In this document: positions 11,785 through 25,198 of the stretch, piece after piece
How positions within the stretch are numbered: position 1 is the stretch's first letter
How the letters are laid out: every line of letters starts with the position of its first letter
Source: Eledone cirrhosa
Lineage: Eukaryota
Reading direction: 5' to 3'
Length of the DNA stretch: 64,000 bases
Assembly (NCBI GenBank): GCA_964016885.1
Contig: OZ024742.1
Location: 16,244,001 to 16,308,000 of the forward strand
Notes under the pieces: generated by a model
The model's input: only the letters and a program-made list of their open reading frames with translations
Databases searched by the model: none
What the model was told of the DNA's origin: nothing
Program-made: the position numbers and the translations under genes

Positions 11785-14074
11785 TACATATAATGATATT
11801 CAGAAACCGTATGTTTGATGGCGTGAGCAACATTTTATGATTGGATGTAAATTTCATATATGAATTCAACGATTTTCAATGGCTGTAAGAAAGTCTTTTA
11901 CCTGGTTGTATTTCTTTTCCTTTTCATTCATTTATAATCTATTTTGTTACTCTCAACTATATTGATGTAGGGTAATGTCTTATTTTCCTAACATGAATTA
12001 CATTTAACATACGTAAATTTACATAAACAATGGTGCTTTTCCTTTATATAGATAATTATTCTGGGTTGTTTGTAAGTGATCAATCGTTTGTGATTAGATA
12101 TTTCAATGTTTTTAAATTACTAAAAACAACACGAATCTTCTTCGTTAATATTAGTCCAGCCCATGTCTCAATAATCCCACTTGGTGATGTCTCTTAAGTC
12201 ATGTTTCGTATTAATGTCATATTTCGGACACCATAACCCAATTAAGTTAGCAGCAGTTGTTGTTGGCTTAATCATATGAGTGTCAGTGGTTAACCTGGCA
12301 TGTTTCGAATCTAGGTATCTTTTGAAAGGTGATGGGATCTTGTTCCGTCTTGATTTATTTCAGTATGATGTTGGAGAGATATGAGTTGATCGGGCATGAG
12401 TTGATCACTTCGGTTATGCATTGATAACAGAGATTCACTCGATATAGCGACAACTGTACGATGGAGAGATAAGAATGTGCATTAGTACGATTAAGTCTGA
12501 TTTTGAATTGATGCTCGTCTCTGCATCTTTGCAAACTCTGATCATTTGTCGATTTCTGTTCATCATTCTGAGGATTCACTGGTCGAAACCGGTTCAATCT
12601 GCACCAGGTAAACACTTTCACAACTACAACAGCAATTACAACGTAGTACACGAACTTATATCATTAGTATAACTAGCACCTTCGGGTGGTTTTCTGCTAG
12701 CATGTGTAGTGTTCATATTGATATTATACACACATATATATGCATGTAGATATTATACATCAAATAAAATCGTAATTAACAATATACACAGAAATTGCAC
12801 GAAGACTGCATTACACTGTCTTATGTAATCAGTAACGTAATCCATGATACATTAAAAAAAAGACGATATTATATATAAACTGTATTAGGAGAAAATTAGT
12901 GACAGGAATATATGAATGTTTATTTAAGCGATCGCTAACCGGAAGTGTTGACATTTGAAAATTTTAAAGAAGTGAATCTTAAAATAAGCAACAAAATTAT
13001 TTATATTTAATCAAGAATAACGAAATTTAGTAGACAAATTATGTAATATTCATTCATTATTTATTCAAAGTAATCCAACTTATTTTATAAACGGGATAAA
13101 CAAATATATTATGGACGCAGTCCCGCACTCCTTACTTTATTATAGTTTAGATTATTAACGGGGACTGTGTAGTGAAACGGAGTCAACAGAAACCAATTCT
13201 GCTACTAAATGTTGATTGCTATTTGTAGTTACGTTAGGTGGCTCTCAATATCCTTGTCAAACATCATGGCCGTCTCAACATTCCATTTTCTCTTTCATAA
13301 ATCGACATTGATTTCAAAAGTTTATCGTAAATATGTAGATATCCATATAGAATTGTAGAAAGGCGCAAGTTCCTTGTAAACCAAGATAACAATCGGGTAC
13401 GATAATCAGTTGAGACAATTTCGTTTTAGACACGTCATTGATTGAAAGAATTTCATTTGTACTCGTTAATACACCTAAGGTATTGTTATTAACTTTAAGT
13501 CATTGAATATATTTGTACAGTATATTTAGTTATCTAGATATTGTTTTGTGTCAACAGGTACACTTTCATCGAAATGTAATTAAATAAGTGGCTATGTCCT
13601 GTTTAATAGAGAAATAATTTATTAGAGATAGGTATTAAACTACAATTGTTTTAAATTCTTAATCGCAAATTGTCTCAGATATTCTTTGATTTAGTGCAGG
13701 CACACGGTACATAAACATAAAACAGTGTTCAACAAACTTTCTACATTATTATTAAGTTAACATTATTATTATAACTACTTTTTAGAGCTGTCGATGTCAG
13801 AGTCGATAAGGTGTCGAACAAAATACTGTGGTATATATTTACGTCACGTTAAGCTTTGGGATCAAATCCCTCTATGGTTTAATTCGCTCCTTATCCTTTC
13901 GGAGTAAAAAAAATAAAATGAAATAAGTACCAGTCATGTAGTAAGGTCGATATAATAGAATGTTCCTAGCCACCTTTTGTCTGGCTGTTCCACAGTTAGA
14001 GCTGAAGATAATGATGAATATTTCCTAAGCCAGAAAGTTCCTTTCTCTAGAGACTATAATCTAAAGTCTGTCTT

Positions 14075-14338
14075 AAACCAGGAGGCTAGTCCGGTCGGTG
14101 CTTATCCTGGTTTCATGCCTTGAAGTTACTGAGAGTACAAGACTTCCTCCCCTGGACAGGACGCCAGTCCTTCGCAGGGTTAAACCTCCCAGCTATTGCT
14201 GATACTCATTTTCAGCGGAATATATTGTAGCCACGCGAAATGACGTGTTTTGTTCACGAACACAATACAACACAGGAATCGAACCCATGATGTTATGATC
14301 GTAATTCCAACACCCTTACCACTAGGCCACACGGCTCC
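14075..14338 (-). mobile_element. tRNA-derived SINE
   Basis: Minus strand: A box tggcctagtgg, B box ggttcgattcc, then aaccctgcgaaggactggcgtcctgtccagggg (V/Meta-like central domain). Confidence 0.7.
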
Positions 14339-15614
14339 ACAAACATTGTAATGGAATCTATTATTGATACATGTAAATTATACAGGCGGGTTATTGTTTA
14401 GTTAATTTGCTAATTCTATCATGTTCTTACAAATAAAACACTTTTCGCTAAACACATTACGATTTCTTCATAATATTTGTTCTCCTTTTCATCTTGCTTC
14501 ACACGAAACAACATGTGTTATAGTGATAAAGTTAAATTCCATTTCAATTGCATATACGAATATTCATATATTATTCATATAAACATTCATTGTTCTTCGT
14601 CTGAATTAAAAAAAAAAAGATACATTTCTCATTCTCTCTTTAACTTATAAAACCAACGTCCACAAATACATTTAATGTATAGAAATGTGTTCTTCGAAGA
14701 GAATTATTACTGTAATTTGATAACAATTTAAACAAGTATAACATTTATTAGCTCAGTTTCATGAAGATAGTCTTAAAGTCTTCCTATCCATTGTAGGAAA
14801 TTTAGAAAGACAGAGTAAAAGTATTTTGTGTTTTTCTCCTTTCCTTCTCTTTCCTTTTCTCTCACCTTTTTTCTCCACTTTTTTCTCTCTTTCTCTCTCC
14901 TTTTCCACCTGGCCTTTTGATTAATAAAAGGCCTCGGGCGCACCCGAACTACACCGATGTCCTGTAATTCAGGGCCGAAACATCGGTTCGGAAACATTTA
15001 CAGCTGACAATGGAAATTCCTTTCTTCCTTTCTCCTCCTGTTCCGTCCTATCCACCATCCTAAACCTTGTTTTTAGTAACCATACAGCTCCTTTCGTAGC
15101 TCCTTTCGTTTCATAACTTTATATATATATATAAATTTGATTAATATAACAAGTGGTAAATCGCTAAACAAATGTATATATATATGTATGTATGTGTATG
15201 TATATATAACTTGTTATCTCTTTATTTTGATTAGTTTAATTTTCCTCTTAATAATTCTTCTATCATTACAAATGAAGATATGAATTAAGCATATTACTGG
15301 TGCCAGTTATGAAGGAAAATTAAAGTAGATTAGCTAAAGCATCCAATATTTCAATTTCTACAATCTTACAATTTCGACGCTTCCAAATCCTCCCGGGTAG
15401 GCTTTCTATTTGGCTCAGTAATAAACATTTCGTTCATCAACACAAAGTAACTAGAAATTCTTTCATATGTACAAAAGAAGGATATTATATTTCCTCATGT
15501 GGTGAGACTTTTAGGAGAAAATAAATGTGTCCATGTAGAAGATTGAAGAACCGGTAGCAAGTATCTAGAACAACCTAGTTGAATCATATAAACTCCTTGT
15601 ACCTATTGATTGTG

Positions 15615-16040
15615 AAGGCCTGTAGCTAAGTGGTTAAGGTGTTTGGCTGACGATCGCAAGGTTGTGAGTTCTATTCCTGGCCGTGTGTTGTGTTTCTGAG
15701 TAAGACACTTTGCTGCTGTCCGCACTGCTGGAAAATAAAATGAGTTGTGTCTGTAATTTGAGAAGCCAGCCGTGTCACACCGTGTGGCATCTCAGGAAAG
15801 TGTATTTTACCATAGCCTCAAACAGACCCAACTTTGCCAGTGAAATTGTGTAGACCGAAGATTGTATTGCCGTTGGATGGACTGTACCTGCAATTAAAAG
15901 GTGACTGTACCTGCAATTAAAAGGGCCACCAGAGCCAAACAGTGTGACACATTGAATCTTTAAGAATTACATTACGATAACAGGTGTCTGTGGAATGCTT
16001 AGACACTTACACGTTAATTTCACAAGCAGGATGCTCCATT
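15615..16040 (+). mobile_element. tRNA-derived SINE
   Basis: tagctaagtggtta (A box), gagttctattcc (B box), then tgtgtttctgagtaagacactt (CORE/Meta-like). Confidence 0.65.
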
Positions 16041-16837
16041 CCGTTCTATGACGTATTATATCGTTAACTACCCCATAATACCACTGGTATCAGTTAATTT
16101 CACTTGCTCTTTTCTTTCTGTAAAAATCCGAACAATCATCCGAGAGAAATCCACGTATTTTAACTACTATGTCTTTATAAGCTGTTCGCTGATTATCTAA
16201 TAAACCATAATTAGTTCAACCTCCGAAGGCCCCGGTCAAATGACGGAATACGAACAAACGATGGATTCTCTTCACAGTCGATCGATCTGTTAGAAATAGC
16301 AGCGAAATCTTCATCAAATTAGAAAATGAGGCTCACATTAGATATATGTCAGAAAACAGAAATTAGACGGGATGATGCCGAATTCAAACGGAAAGACTAC
16401 AGAAACCTCCGAATAATTCTATAAGATATGTTTCTTTTGTGTATTATTGATATCTTTTCGTCAGCCAACAGACGCCGAAAGAAATATCTTTATTTCGAAC
16501 ACTTACAGATGTTCAATTAAGATAGAACAATTTCCCTCTACACCCCCTACTCATCGTCCATTCTCTCCATTTCTCTAAAAGAGAAAATATTAAATTCCCG
16601 AACATTTATATATTTTCAATTAACACCAAACACTTTCTCACTTTTTCTTTTTTCTCTACCCTCTCCCTTTTATTCTCACTTTCTTTCCACTTATATTCAT
16701 TGATCTGTACAAAAGGCTGGTCATTAGTAGGGTCTAAATAATAAGTAAGCTGACCGATCAATTGAACTACCAGTGTGGGACAAGACATTATTGTATATCG
16801 TTATTAAGAAAAATTTATTTAGTACATAAGTAATAAC

Positions 16838-16895
<58 letters not shown>

Positions 16896-17129
16896 AGAAT
16901 CATTAGAACATCTGACTGATGAAATGACAAGTCAGTGAATCATATTGGTGGCCTCCCCACAGCCCCGGCGGACAGAATGGAGAAGGCGTTTCCACGGAGG
17001 ACGGCAAGGGAGACGCGCTGGAAAAGCCATTCCAGCTCGCGAGGGATTTGCGGTAACTGTTTTGGCTCTTTGCGTTCTCAGTTAAAACGCAAGGGGTTGT
17101 TAAATAAAGTACCACTTTACACGACTTTT

Positions 17130-17265
17130 AATTTATTTAATGAGCCCAGTATGGATAAAAGGCAATGTTGACTTCGATGGAATTTCAACTGAGAACACAA
17201 AACTCCGAAATATTTACCCACAATGCATTTGTTTGTTCCGGCGTTCTGACAATTCTGTCAATCGA
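17130..17265 (-). mobile_element. Degenerate Nin/Deu-domain SINE fragment
   Basis: Resembles the 24223 SINE: ggataaaaggcaatgttgacttcg..ggaatttcaactgagaac..aattctgtcaatc. Confidence 0.5.
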
Positions 17266-17723
17266 TAGTGATTGTTTTGTTGTAGGTTTTACTAATTGTC
17301 TGCTCTTTGTCCAGATCAATGAATACAAGTGGAGAGAAAGAGAGAATAAGCTGGAAGTAGTAGAGAAAGAGTGAGACAGTGTTTATTGTTAATTGAAAGT
17401 GAATGTTCGTGATAAAGATATTTTCTCTTTTGACGTCTCCTAGTTAACTACAAGAGGTCAAGAATACACAAAATATCTTATATAGTTATCGATTTTTGTG
17501 GTCAATATTTTATTGTTAATTACGCATTGTAAATATTGATTTATAATTTAGGCAAAAGGCCAGTAATTTTGTGGGAAGAAAATTTAATTAAATTGACCCC
17601 AATACATGACTGATACTTTATTCTACCCTGGTAAAATTTGAACTCAGAATTCAAAGTAGCGTAATTACAAGGGAGTGCTGAAAAGTTCCTGGCTTTGGAA
17701 AAAGAAAATACTTGACTTGTACC

Positions 17724-17808
<85 letters not shown>

Positions 17809-17843
17809 TGATAGAGAGAGTGATAGAGAGAGAGAGAGATAGA

Positions 17844-17896
<53 letters not shown>

Positions 17897-17989
17897 ATGT
17901 ATATTTGTATGTGTGTGCGTGTGTTTATTAACGTGAGTGTTATGAAGGCGTAGTTTATATGTGTACGTGTAGGTAAGCATTTATTTCAG

Positions 17990-18535
17990 TATTTTCCACC
18001 CACATAATCCTTGGCTTATATCAATAGTCTCTGACAACCATTTTTTCTAATTTGTCTAAACTATTTCAGTTTTTCTTCTTTGTTGGCATCTAATTAAAGG
18101 CTTCTAGTTTTTGTAATTTTGAGTATTATTAGTTTTATATTCTGTCTGATATTCTCATGTCTTCAATAAGACCATATCTCTAGGGTTTCTAATCTATTTG
18201 ATACTATTTTAAATGACATTATCAATGACTTACTCAATGCTTCTCTTAAATCTCGTTTCTTATTTTTAGTTTTCTAGTTGCATATATTATCCAGTATCGT
18301 TGCTGATTGTTCAATTAACTTTCTGGTAATTCTTGCTGATTACCATTCGATTTGTTTCTTTATATTCCTTTGCATTCAAATAAAACATTCCGTTGTTATT
18401 TACTGCAGTTACAATATGTTCAATGGGTCATCTCTGTTGACAGTTAACAAGGCAGAATTGTCTGCATAATTAAGATTGTTGATATTCACATCTGTTAAAA
18501 TGCCTGGCATGTTTTCTAATTCTCTGAAGACCTTC
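17990..18535 (-). mobile_element. Decayed RTE-like LINE RT fragment
   Basis: Minus-strand translation ELENMPGI..VNINNLNYADNSALL, resembling the RTE 'INNLRYADD' motif; many stops. Confidence 0.6.
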
Positions 18536-18681
18536 TTGTAATAATAATAATGATAGAAATAGAAAGGATAGTATAGGTTATAATTACGAAATTCACGACA
18601 GGAACAATAATAATAATAAATATATTTATTTGAGGACCAAAAAACGTTATAGAAAAAAAACGGGAGGAAACACATCAGTAA

Positions 18682-18723
18682 TCACTGAAGATGTCACACA
18701 AATATGTGATGAAAGAACTTTGA
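18682..18723 (+). ncRNA. Minimal hammerhead candidate (family G)
   Basis: tca CTGAAGA t-gtcaca-caaata-tgtgat GAAA gaac TT tga. Relative at 23352; both share a downstream caacatgaccc. Confidence 0.55.
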
Positions 18724-19376
18724 GAAATTATATTTATATTTAAATTTTTAACTGTTGGTTAATCAATGATTAACTATGATTGCCAACGTAACTAAATTAT
18801 TTATGGAAAAATCAAAAAAATATACAAATAAATACTGAAACTGAAGCGAAAACCAAATCAAACAGCGAGTGTGTTTTACTATTTTTGGCAATATTAGGAC
18901 AACATGACCCAAATATAACAATAAATATATATAAATAATTATCCGAACCACAGACGATTGTTCTGATCTCTTGCCAAAAGGATCTTCCGCACCAGCAGAA
19001 TCCACTTTCTCTCCCCCTTTTAAACAATTATGGTTTTGTGAGTTGTACGACGACGTGGAATGTTTTCGTCGCTGTCCGCCCTGCATCCAACTCCATACTC
19101 TTTGATATATCTCCTCCAAGTTTATTCTCTTCTTACACTGCCTACCTACCACCCTACAATATGTTCACAGAAAGTGCAAAAGTACCTCCTGTCCAAGACC
19201 ACCGGTTATGGAAGTAGTTACATGACTTCTTACAGAAACCAGCTTGTCGCTGTCGATGACTCATCTACAATAGAAAAACTAACATATAAACAAAACTTTA
19301 TCGTTGTTCTTAATATATACACTCTGACTCTACAGCGGGTGCTCATTTTGGTATCATCACCAGTGATTCACTGAAT

Positions 19377-19471
<95 letters not shown>

Positions 19472-19482
19472 TAACAGATTAA

Positions 19483-19533
19483 AGTTTAAGCAAAGAATCG
19501 CTGCTTTCACCCTTAACGGGATCTTCTGAAACT
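19483..19533 (-). ncRNA. Hammerhead variant with CAGAAGA core
   Basis: Minus strand: agttt CAGAAGA t-ccc-gttaa-ggg-t GAAA gca..tgc TT aaact. Confidence 0.6.
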
Positions 19534-19726
19534 AAAAAAAATCAATCTGTGAACGCAGAAGTAAATATTTCAAAAAAACGTTGCAACCGAAGGAAGACAG
19601 GAAGATGATACTTTGGTTCGTGGAAACGTTCCCTGGCAAAGAACGGAAAAAAACGAAGATAATACGTCATTATTTGGAGCGGTGAAAACAATTACACGCA
19701 AAGACAAAACCACATTTATACGGGTA

Positions 19727-20101
19727 CTAATTAAGGTTGAAACACCCGGGTCCCGTAGGGCCTACATAGGGTTAACCGTCAATAGATTCAAGCAGCGTCT
19801 TTACATGCATACCCATTATTTTCTTAACCCTTTAAGAAGGAATATGACGTCACTTTCAGCTTATATCTGGAGTCTAAAAGACAACCACACCCAATATAAG
19901 TTGCACTGGGAGATCCTAGTTGGGGCAAGATCGTATAACGGAAATAAAAGACCATGTGACCTCTGTGTCACTGAAGCCCTGGAAATACTCTACGCCAAAG
20001 ACCACATCTTAAACAAAAGATCTGAGGCAATTTCGGCTTGTAAACATAAATTGCACAAAAGTCTCCTGTATTACAGCCTCATATTATACCCTAACGGATA
20101 G
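19727..20101 (+). pseudogene. PLE GIY-YIG endonuclease C-terminal fragment
   Basis: RAYIGLTVNRFKQRLYMH..TSLSAYIWSLK..WEIL..CDLCVTEALEI..LNKRSE..CKHK. Confidence 0.85.
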
Positions 20102-20843
20102 TACGAACTATACGCGGATATTTTACGTCTTCATGTGGTAGCTAAGTATATCTTATATTTATACCATTACTTATTTGTATAGGTAAGTATATATTACCTG
20201 TATGTTTTGTGAAGGTACGTATACATATATTTGCATGTATATGTTATAGGCGTATATATTATATTATATATACTGGTACTTGTGCATATGGTTATGTGTA
20301 TACGTGAGTTTTGCGTCTGTGTGAGTATGCGGGTTCGTACATATGTAGGGTGTGTGTATATGTGTACTTTGTGTTTTGGTTTGCGAACATATGTGTATTT
20401 ACATGTAGGTATGTGTGTGCGTTCGTTATATACGTAGTTATGTGTGTATATTTATATACGTTTATATAATTATATGTATACACACACACACACACACATA
20501 TATATATATTTTTATGTGTATTTGGTGTATATGTTCGCATGTGTGCAGGTACAGGCGTTGCGTGGGTTCTGTATGTACGTACGTGTTTTTTTTGTGTACG
20601 TGCTTGTATTTGCATACCCATAGCGAGTGTTTTCGCGGATGCATGTGTATGTACGCATATGGATGCGTGCATGTATGTACTTAATTTTTGTTGATTTCAA
20701 TTACCTCAGTAATTTATTTACATTATTCTTAACTCTGAAGCCGAGAATCTTTCGGTTTCCTAAATAGAATTTTAGTCTACGACTTCATTTATACCATAAA
20801 GTGGTTTTGTCTTTGCGTGTAATTGTTTTCACCGCTCCAAATA

Positions 20844-20949
20844 ATTGTTTCTACTTTTGGCACAAGGCCAGCAATTACCCAATGCATTACTGGTACTTTA
20901 TTCTATCGACCCCGGAAGGATGAAAGGCAAAGTTAACCTCGGCGGGATT
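20844..20949 (-). mobile_element. Nin/Deu-domain SINE 3' fragment inserted in the PLE pLTR
   Basis: ctggtactttattctatcgaccccggaaggatgaaaggcaaagttaacctcggcggg; absent from the inverted pLTR copy. Confidence 0.8.
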
Positions 20950-21091
20950 AATAATGACATATTATCTTCGTTTTTATTTCGTTCTTTGCCAGGGAACGTT
21001 TCCACGAACCAAAGTATCGTCTTCCTGTCTTCCTTCGGTTGCAACGTTTTTCGAAATATTTACTTCTGCGTTCACAGATTGATTTTTTTTT

Positions 21092-21142
21092 AGTTTCAGA
21101 AGATCCGGTTAAGGATGAAAGCAGCGATTCTTTGCTTAAACT
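21092..21142 (+). ncRNA. Hammerhead variant with CAGAAGA core (pLTR copy)
   Basis: agttt CAGAAGA tccggttaaggat GAAA gcagcgattctttgc TT aaact. Confidence 0.5.
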
Positions 21143-21263
21143 TTAATCTATTATTTTAATAAATATTTGCACTACGGTACTTATATATTTGATATATAAT
21201 TATCCTTATCGAGCCCTATTTGGATTTTAGTCTTCAAATTTATTATAATTACTATATATATAT

Positions 21264-21305
<42 letters not shown>

Positions 21306-21308
<3 letters not shown>

Positions 21309-21707
21309 AAAAGAGTCAGAACCAAGCCGTTTCGACAGCTATTTCTGGACACCTACTTCTGTCCAGAAATAACTATCGAAACGGCTTGAGCTCTGCCGTT
21401 GGGGTTCTGATTCTTTTCCTATTACCCAATCTACTACCCAAAATATCGAGTACTCTGGTGCGTTATGGTCCACCTGGTTCCTTATCACACTTTCTTGGTT
21501 ATATATATATATATAAACAAAGAAAGTGTGGTAAGGAACCAGATGGACCATAACCCACCTGAGTATTCGATTCTTAGGGTAGTAGAGTGGGTAATATGAA
21601 AAGATTCAGGACCCCGATGGCAGAGCTCCGGCCGTTTCGACAGCTAAATCCGTTTGGATCTAGCTGTGTCGAAGCGGCCGGAGCTCAGCCGTCGCAGTCC
21701 TGAATCT

Positions 21708-21710
<3 letters not shown>
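21306..21710. mobile_element. Two oppositely oriented short repeats (family H), each with a 5' hairpin foldback
   Basis: Shared ..ctactaccc..gcgttatggtccacctggttcctta 3' end, also at ~8679 and 37888-37980. Each copy contains an internal inverted duplication. Confidence 0.7.
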
Positions 21711-21753
<43 letters not shown>

Positions 21754-21787
21754 ACACACACACACACACGCACACCCATACACAAAT

Positions 21788-21818
<31 letters not shown>

Positions 21819-21819
<1 letters not shown>

Positions 21820-21937
21820 TTATTAAAATAACAGATTAAACTTTAATCTGTTATTTTAATAAATATTTGCTCTACGGTTCTTATATATTTTATATATATT
21901 TATCCTTATGGATTTTAGTCTTCAAATTTATTATTAT

Positions 21938-21940
<3 letters not shown>
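21819..21940 (+). repeat. Mini-copy of the 19462-21255 PLE 3' end with a perfect 22-bp-arm palindrome
   Basis: tttattaaaataacagattaaa c tttaatctgttattttaataaa, then sequence matching 21160-21252. Confidence 0.8.
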
Positions 21941-21992
<52 letters not shown>

Positions 21993-22405
21993 TATATATA
22001 GATATATTTGAAAGTATAATGTGCGTATGTTATGTTATTTATAAGAGACACAAGTTAATTTAAAGTTCCGAACCATTTTTTGTAATCGAATAGCGGAACT
22101 TGTATAGAGCAATCAACACTTGTCAGACGGAACCATTTGTCAAACAATGAACACATTCTACCATATCTAACAAAACAATTACCTTGAATCTAAGGAACGG
22201 TTAACCATAATGTTTTTGTCATTTCAGTGTGAGGTGATGTTTGTCATTAAAATAAATACATTATTTTGATTTAGTTCTTGTAATTGATACATATAAGATT
22301 TCTTCCAAAGTAATGTAGATCCGATAAATGGATGTGTCAGGGGAGAGATGTGTAAAATAAGGAGAGGAAGGGAAATCTACAGAGGGAGAGAGAGAGGGAT
22401 GGAGG

Positions 22406-22437
<32 letters not shown>

Positions 22438-22892
22438 ATGGCATATCTAAGTGTTTGTGTGGAGAAAATAAACAGCAAATAGAGAATGAATTGGCAGAAC
22501 TATTTGAGTGGTGGAGGATAGATCAGTGAGTTCAAATCTTGTGCAAGTCGATTTTCTTTTTTATCTTTTTGAGTTGGATTAAGAAAGGATCACAACACTG
22601 CTGAAGCAGCTTTGTCGCGCCACATCACGTCATCTTGGATGTTTCGCTGAAACAAAGAAACGAGAATTGAGAGTGTTCCTGTGTCTGTTAACGACTGGAT
22701 TGGCACGAAATCGAAATGCATACTACCAAGTTATACTCGATTTCAGTTGTATACTCGAGTGACAGTTGTATATTAGCTAGGAGTTACGGGGCTTTTTGAC
22801 ACATTAAATAGTGCTCAATATAAATGATTGCAGAGTTAAATTATGTATATCTATGAATAAAAAACTTGTCAATTCAGATGTTCAATTGTATT

Positions 22893-22950
<58 letters not shown>

Positions 22951-23078
22951 CATATGTACATATATATATACATATGTATGTACACATATATGCACATACA
23001 TATAAACACACAGACACATATATATTATATAAATTATATCTTATGTAGATAGTTAGGGAATATTTATCTATGTACATA

Positions 23079-23152
<74 letters not shown>

Positions 23153-23351
23153 GGACAAAATGAAAACACACACGCACATAGAACAAACAACCAACCAGTA
23201 ACATGTAAATAAACAAATAAATAAACAAATATAAACACACACAGACACCCGGATGTAACACACGCGCAAACTAAGCACACAACACACACAAAAACAATAT
23301 GGCGTAGAACAGAACAAAGGAGAGGCACAAAAACAAAGAAAAGAATCCCCA

Positions 23352-23394
23352 GTCACTGAAGAGGTAACATAATGTGTGACGAAAGAACTTTGAC
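23352..23394 (+). ncRNA. Minimal hammerhead candidate (family G)
   Basis: gtca CTGAAGA ggtaacataatgtgtgac GAAA gaac TT tgac. Confidence 0.55.
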
Positions 23395-24222
23395 AATATA
23401 TGAACAATCGTCCGGTTGTGGAACCAACCAACCAACCGGAAATTTATAAATTCTTAAATTTATAAATTTAATTTATAATAAATTGGAGTGAAAGGAACTG
23501 GTGCGTGTGTTTCTTATTGGCAACATGACCCTCCCAAAGTATAACTATATCGGTATCAACACGTTTTCAAATAAAGAATCTTGCTAAACAAATTCAGAAA
23601 CGAAATATATATATATATACAGTATATATATATATATATAAGCGATATACTTAAATACTTAGAAAACACACATATAATGTACGCAGATATTAGAGCCGAC
23701 GGTCCATGAATAACAACTAAGAGAATAGAAAGAGAATAGAAAGCTGGAAGATCACCAGATTGATGAGGGAAAAAAATAAACAAGGGAGATAAATCATGTG
23801 TCCACCATTAAATATAATTATACTTTATATAAGATTTTAGTGACGTTATTCAAATGATATATATCAGAAAATATCGTCGATGTGACAGACTTCAGAAATA
23901 ATTAGTTGTTAGTCGAGAGATCTTTGTAGAAAACTATGTTACTGAAATATATATCAATAATGATATAAATGATTTCTAACAGTGGCTGTGAACTACAAAT
24001 TCAGAGGAATATGTGTAATTTATTTAATCCTTCTCTGTATTTCACTGGTTTCTATATTATCGACCCCAATATAATGAACGGGGTGGTTTTCTTGACGTTC
24101 CAATTCTATATATAATGTTATGAGAAATAAGTTAGTGTTTGTGGAATTTGAAGTCTTGCGTCCTACCGACTGTCTTATCACATGGTAACAACAACAACAA
24201 CAACAACAACAGTAATGATAAA

Positions 24223-24436
24223 GGTTTCTACTTTAGGCACAATGCCAACAATTTGGGGGAGGGGAAAGTCGATTAAATCAACCCCAGTGCCATACTGGTA
24301 CTTTATTTTATCGACCCCGTAAGGATGAAAGGTAAAGCTAACCTCGGCGGGATTTGAACTTAGAATGTAAAGAGCCGTAACTCTATGCAGCTAAGCATAG
24401 TGTCCAACGCTCTACCGATTCTGTCAATCCACCGCC
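24223..24436 (-). mobile_element. tRNA-derived SINE with Nin/Deu-like domain
   Basis: Minus strand: ggcggtggattgacagaatcggtagagcg..gttcaaatcccgccgagg..ctttcatccttacggggtcgataaaataaagtaccag. Confidence 0.8.
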
Positions 24437-24454
24437 CTTATAATAATAATGATA

Positions 24455-24620
24455 ATGAATGTCTTCTAATTGACGTATCTATCATTCCAGACGGCAATAT
24501 AACTACCAAGGAAACGAAGAATTTATCCAAATATAAAGATCTGGAGAAATAACCAAAATGTGGTGGATGAAAACAGAGACAATACCTATAATAAAGGGTG
24601 GTAAGGGGATGATAAAACAA
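24455..24620 (+). mobile_element. Decayed RLE-LINE 3' fragment
   Basis: CLLIDVSIIPDGNITTKETKNLSKYKDLE, matching the RLE motif at 54640-55116; follows (AAT)n. Confidence 0.55.
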
Positions 24621-24636
24621 AACAAAACACACAGAT

Positions 24637-24669
<33 letters not shown>

Positions 24670-25016
24670 AGCATTTGTGTGTGTGTGATAACAATTGTAA
24701 TAATTTCATGCTATGGCAGAATCTGCACAATTTTGGAGACAGAGTATAACTCATTTAAACTACTCTTGCTAGATATAGCAGCTAAATTTCCCTCAAATAA
24801 CACCTGCCATCTTAAAAAGGAAGGACACATAGCTGGAATGATCATTGGTTACGTGGATCATGACTGGCTTGTGACTAAATGATAACAACATCATCAACAA
24901 CATCAATAATATTCTGTATTTTAAAGTAGCCTATGTTATCATAAGAGTTAAATAACATCAATGACTGGGATATCAAAGTACTACCAATAATAATAATAAT
25001 ATTTACAACAACAATA

Positions 25017-25198
25017 GTTTCTACTTTTGGCAAAAGGCCAGCTATTACCCCAGTGTATTACTGGTACTTTATTTTTTCGACCCCGTAAGGATGAAAGGCA
25101 AAGTTAACCTCGGCAGGATTTGAACTCAGACCATAAAGGGCCGTAACTCTTTGCTGCAAAGCATGGCGTCTGACCCTCTACCGATACTGCCAATCCAC
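25017..25198 (-). mobile_element. Nin/Deu-like SINE
   Basis: Same family as 24223. Confidence 0.8.

Larger units (their letters stand above)
19462..21255 (+). mobile_element. 5'-truncated Penelope-like element: inverted pLTR (19462-19725) + GIY-YIG + 3'UTR/pLTR
   Basis: 19462-19725 is the reverse complement of ~20790-21165, minus a SINE insert. The GIY-YIG fragment follows. Flanked by (TA)n. Confidence 0.85.

Noticed and set aside
12564-12598. CTGAGGA..GAAACCGGTT hammerhead-like motif
   Set aside because: Stem II pairs poorly and stem I is out of register; at most a relic.
11880-13780. Possible host exons in unique-looking DNA
   Set aside because: No convincing ORF, splice pattern or recognisable domain by eye; cannot be excluded without RNA data.
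14945-14995. CCGATG..GAAA hairpin (similar at ~58146)
   Set aside because: The core deviates at invariant positions; a simple hairpin explains it.
15615-15690. tRNA gene
   Set aside because: The A/B boxes run into a SINE body and no intact cloverleaf is present.
19613-19726. Novel N-terminal domain fused to GIY-YIG
   Set aside because: It is chance read-through from the inverted pLTR.
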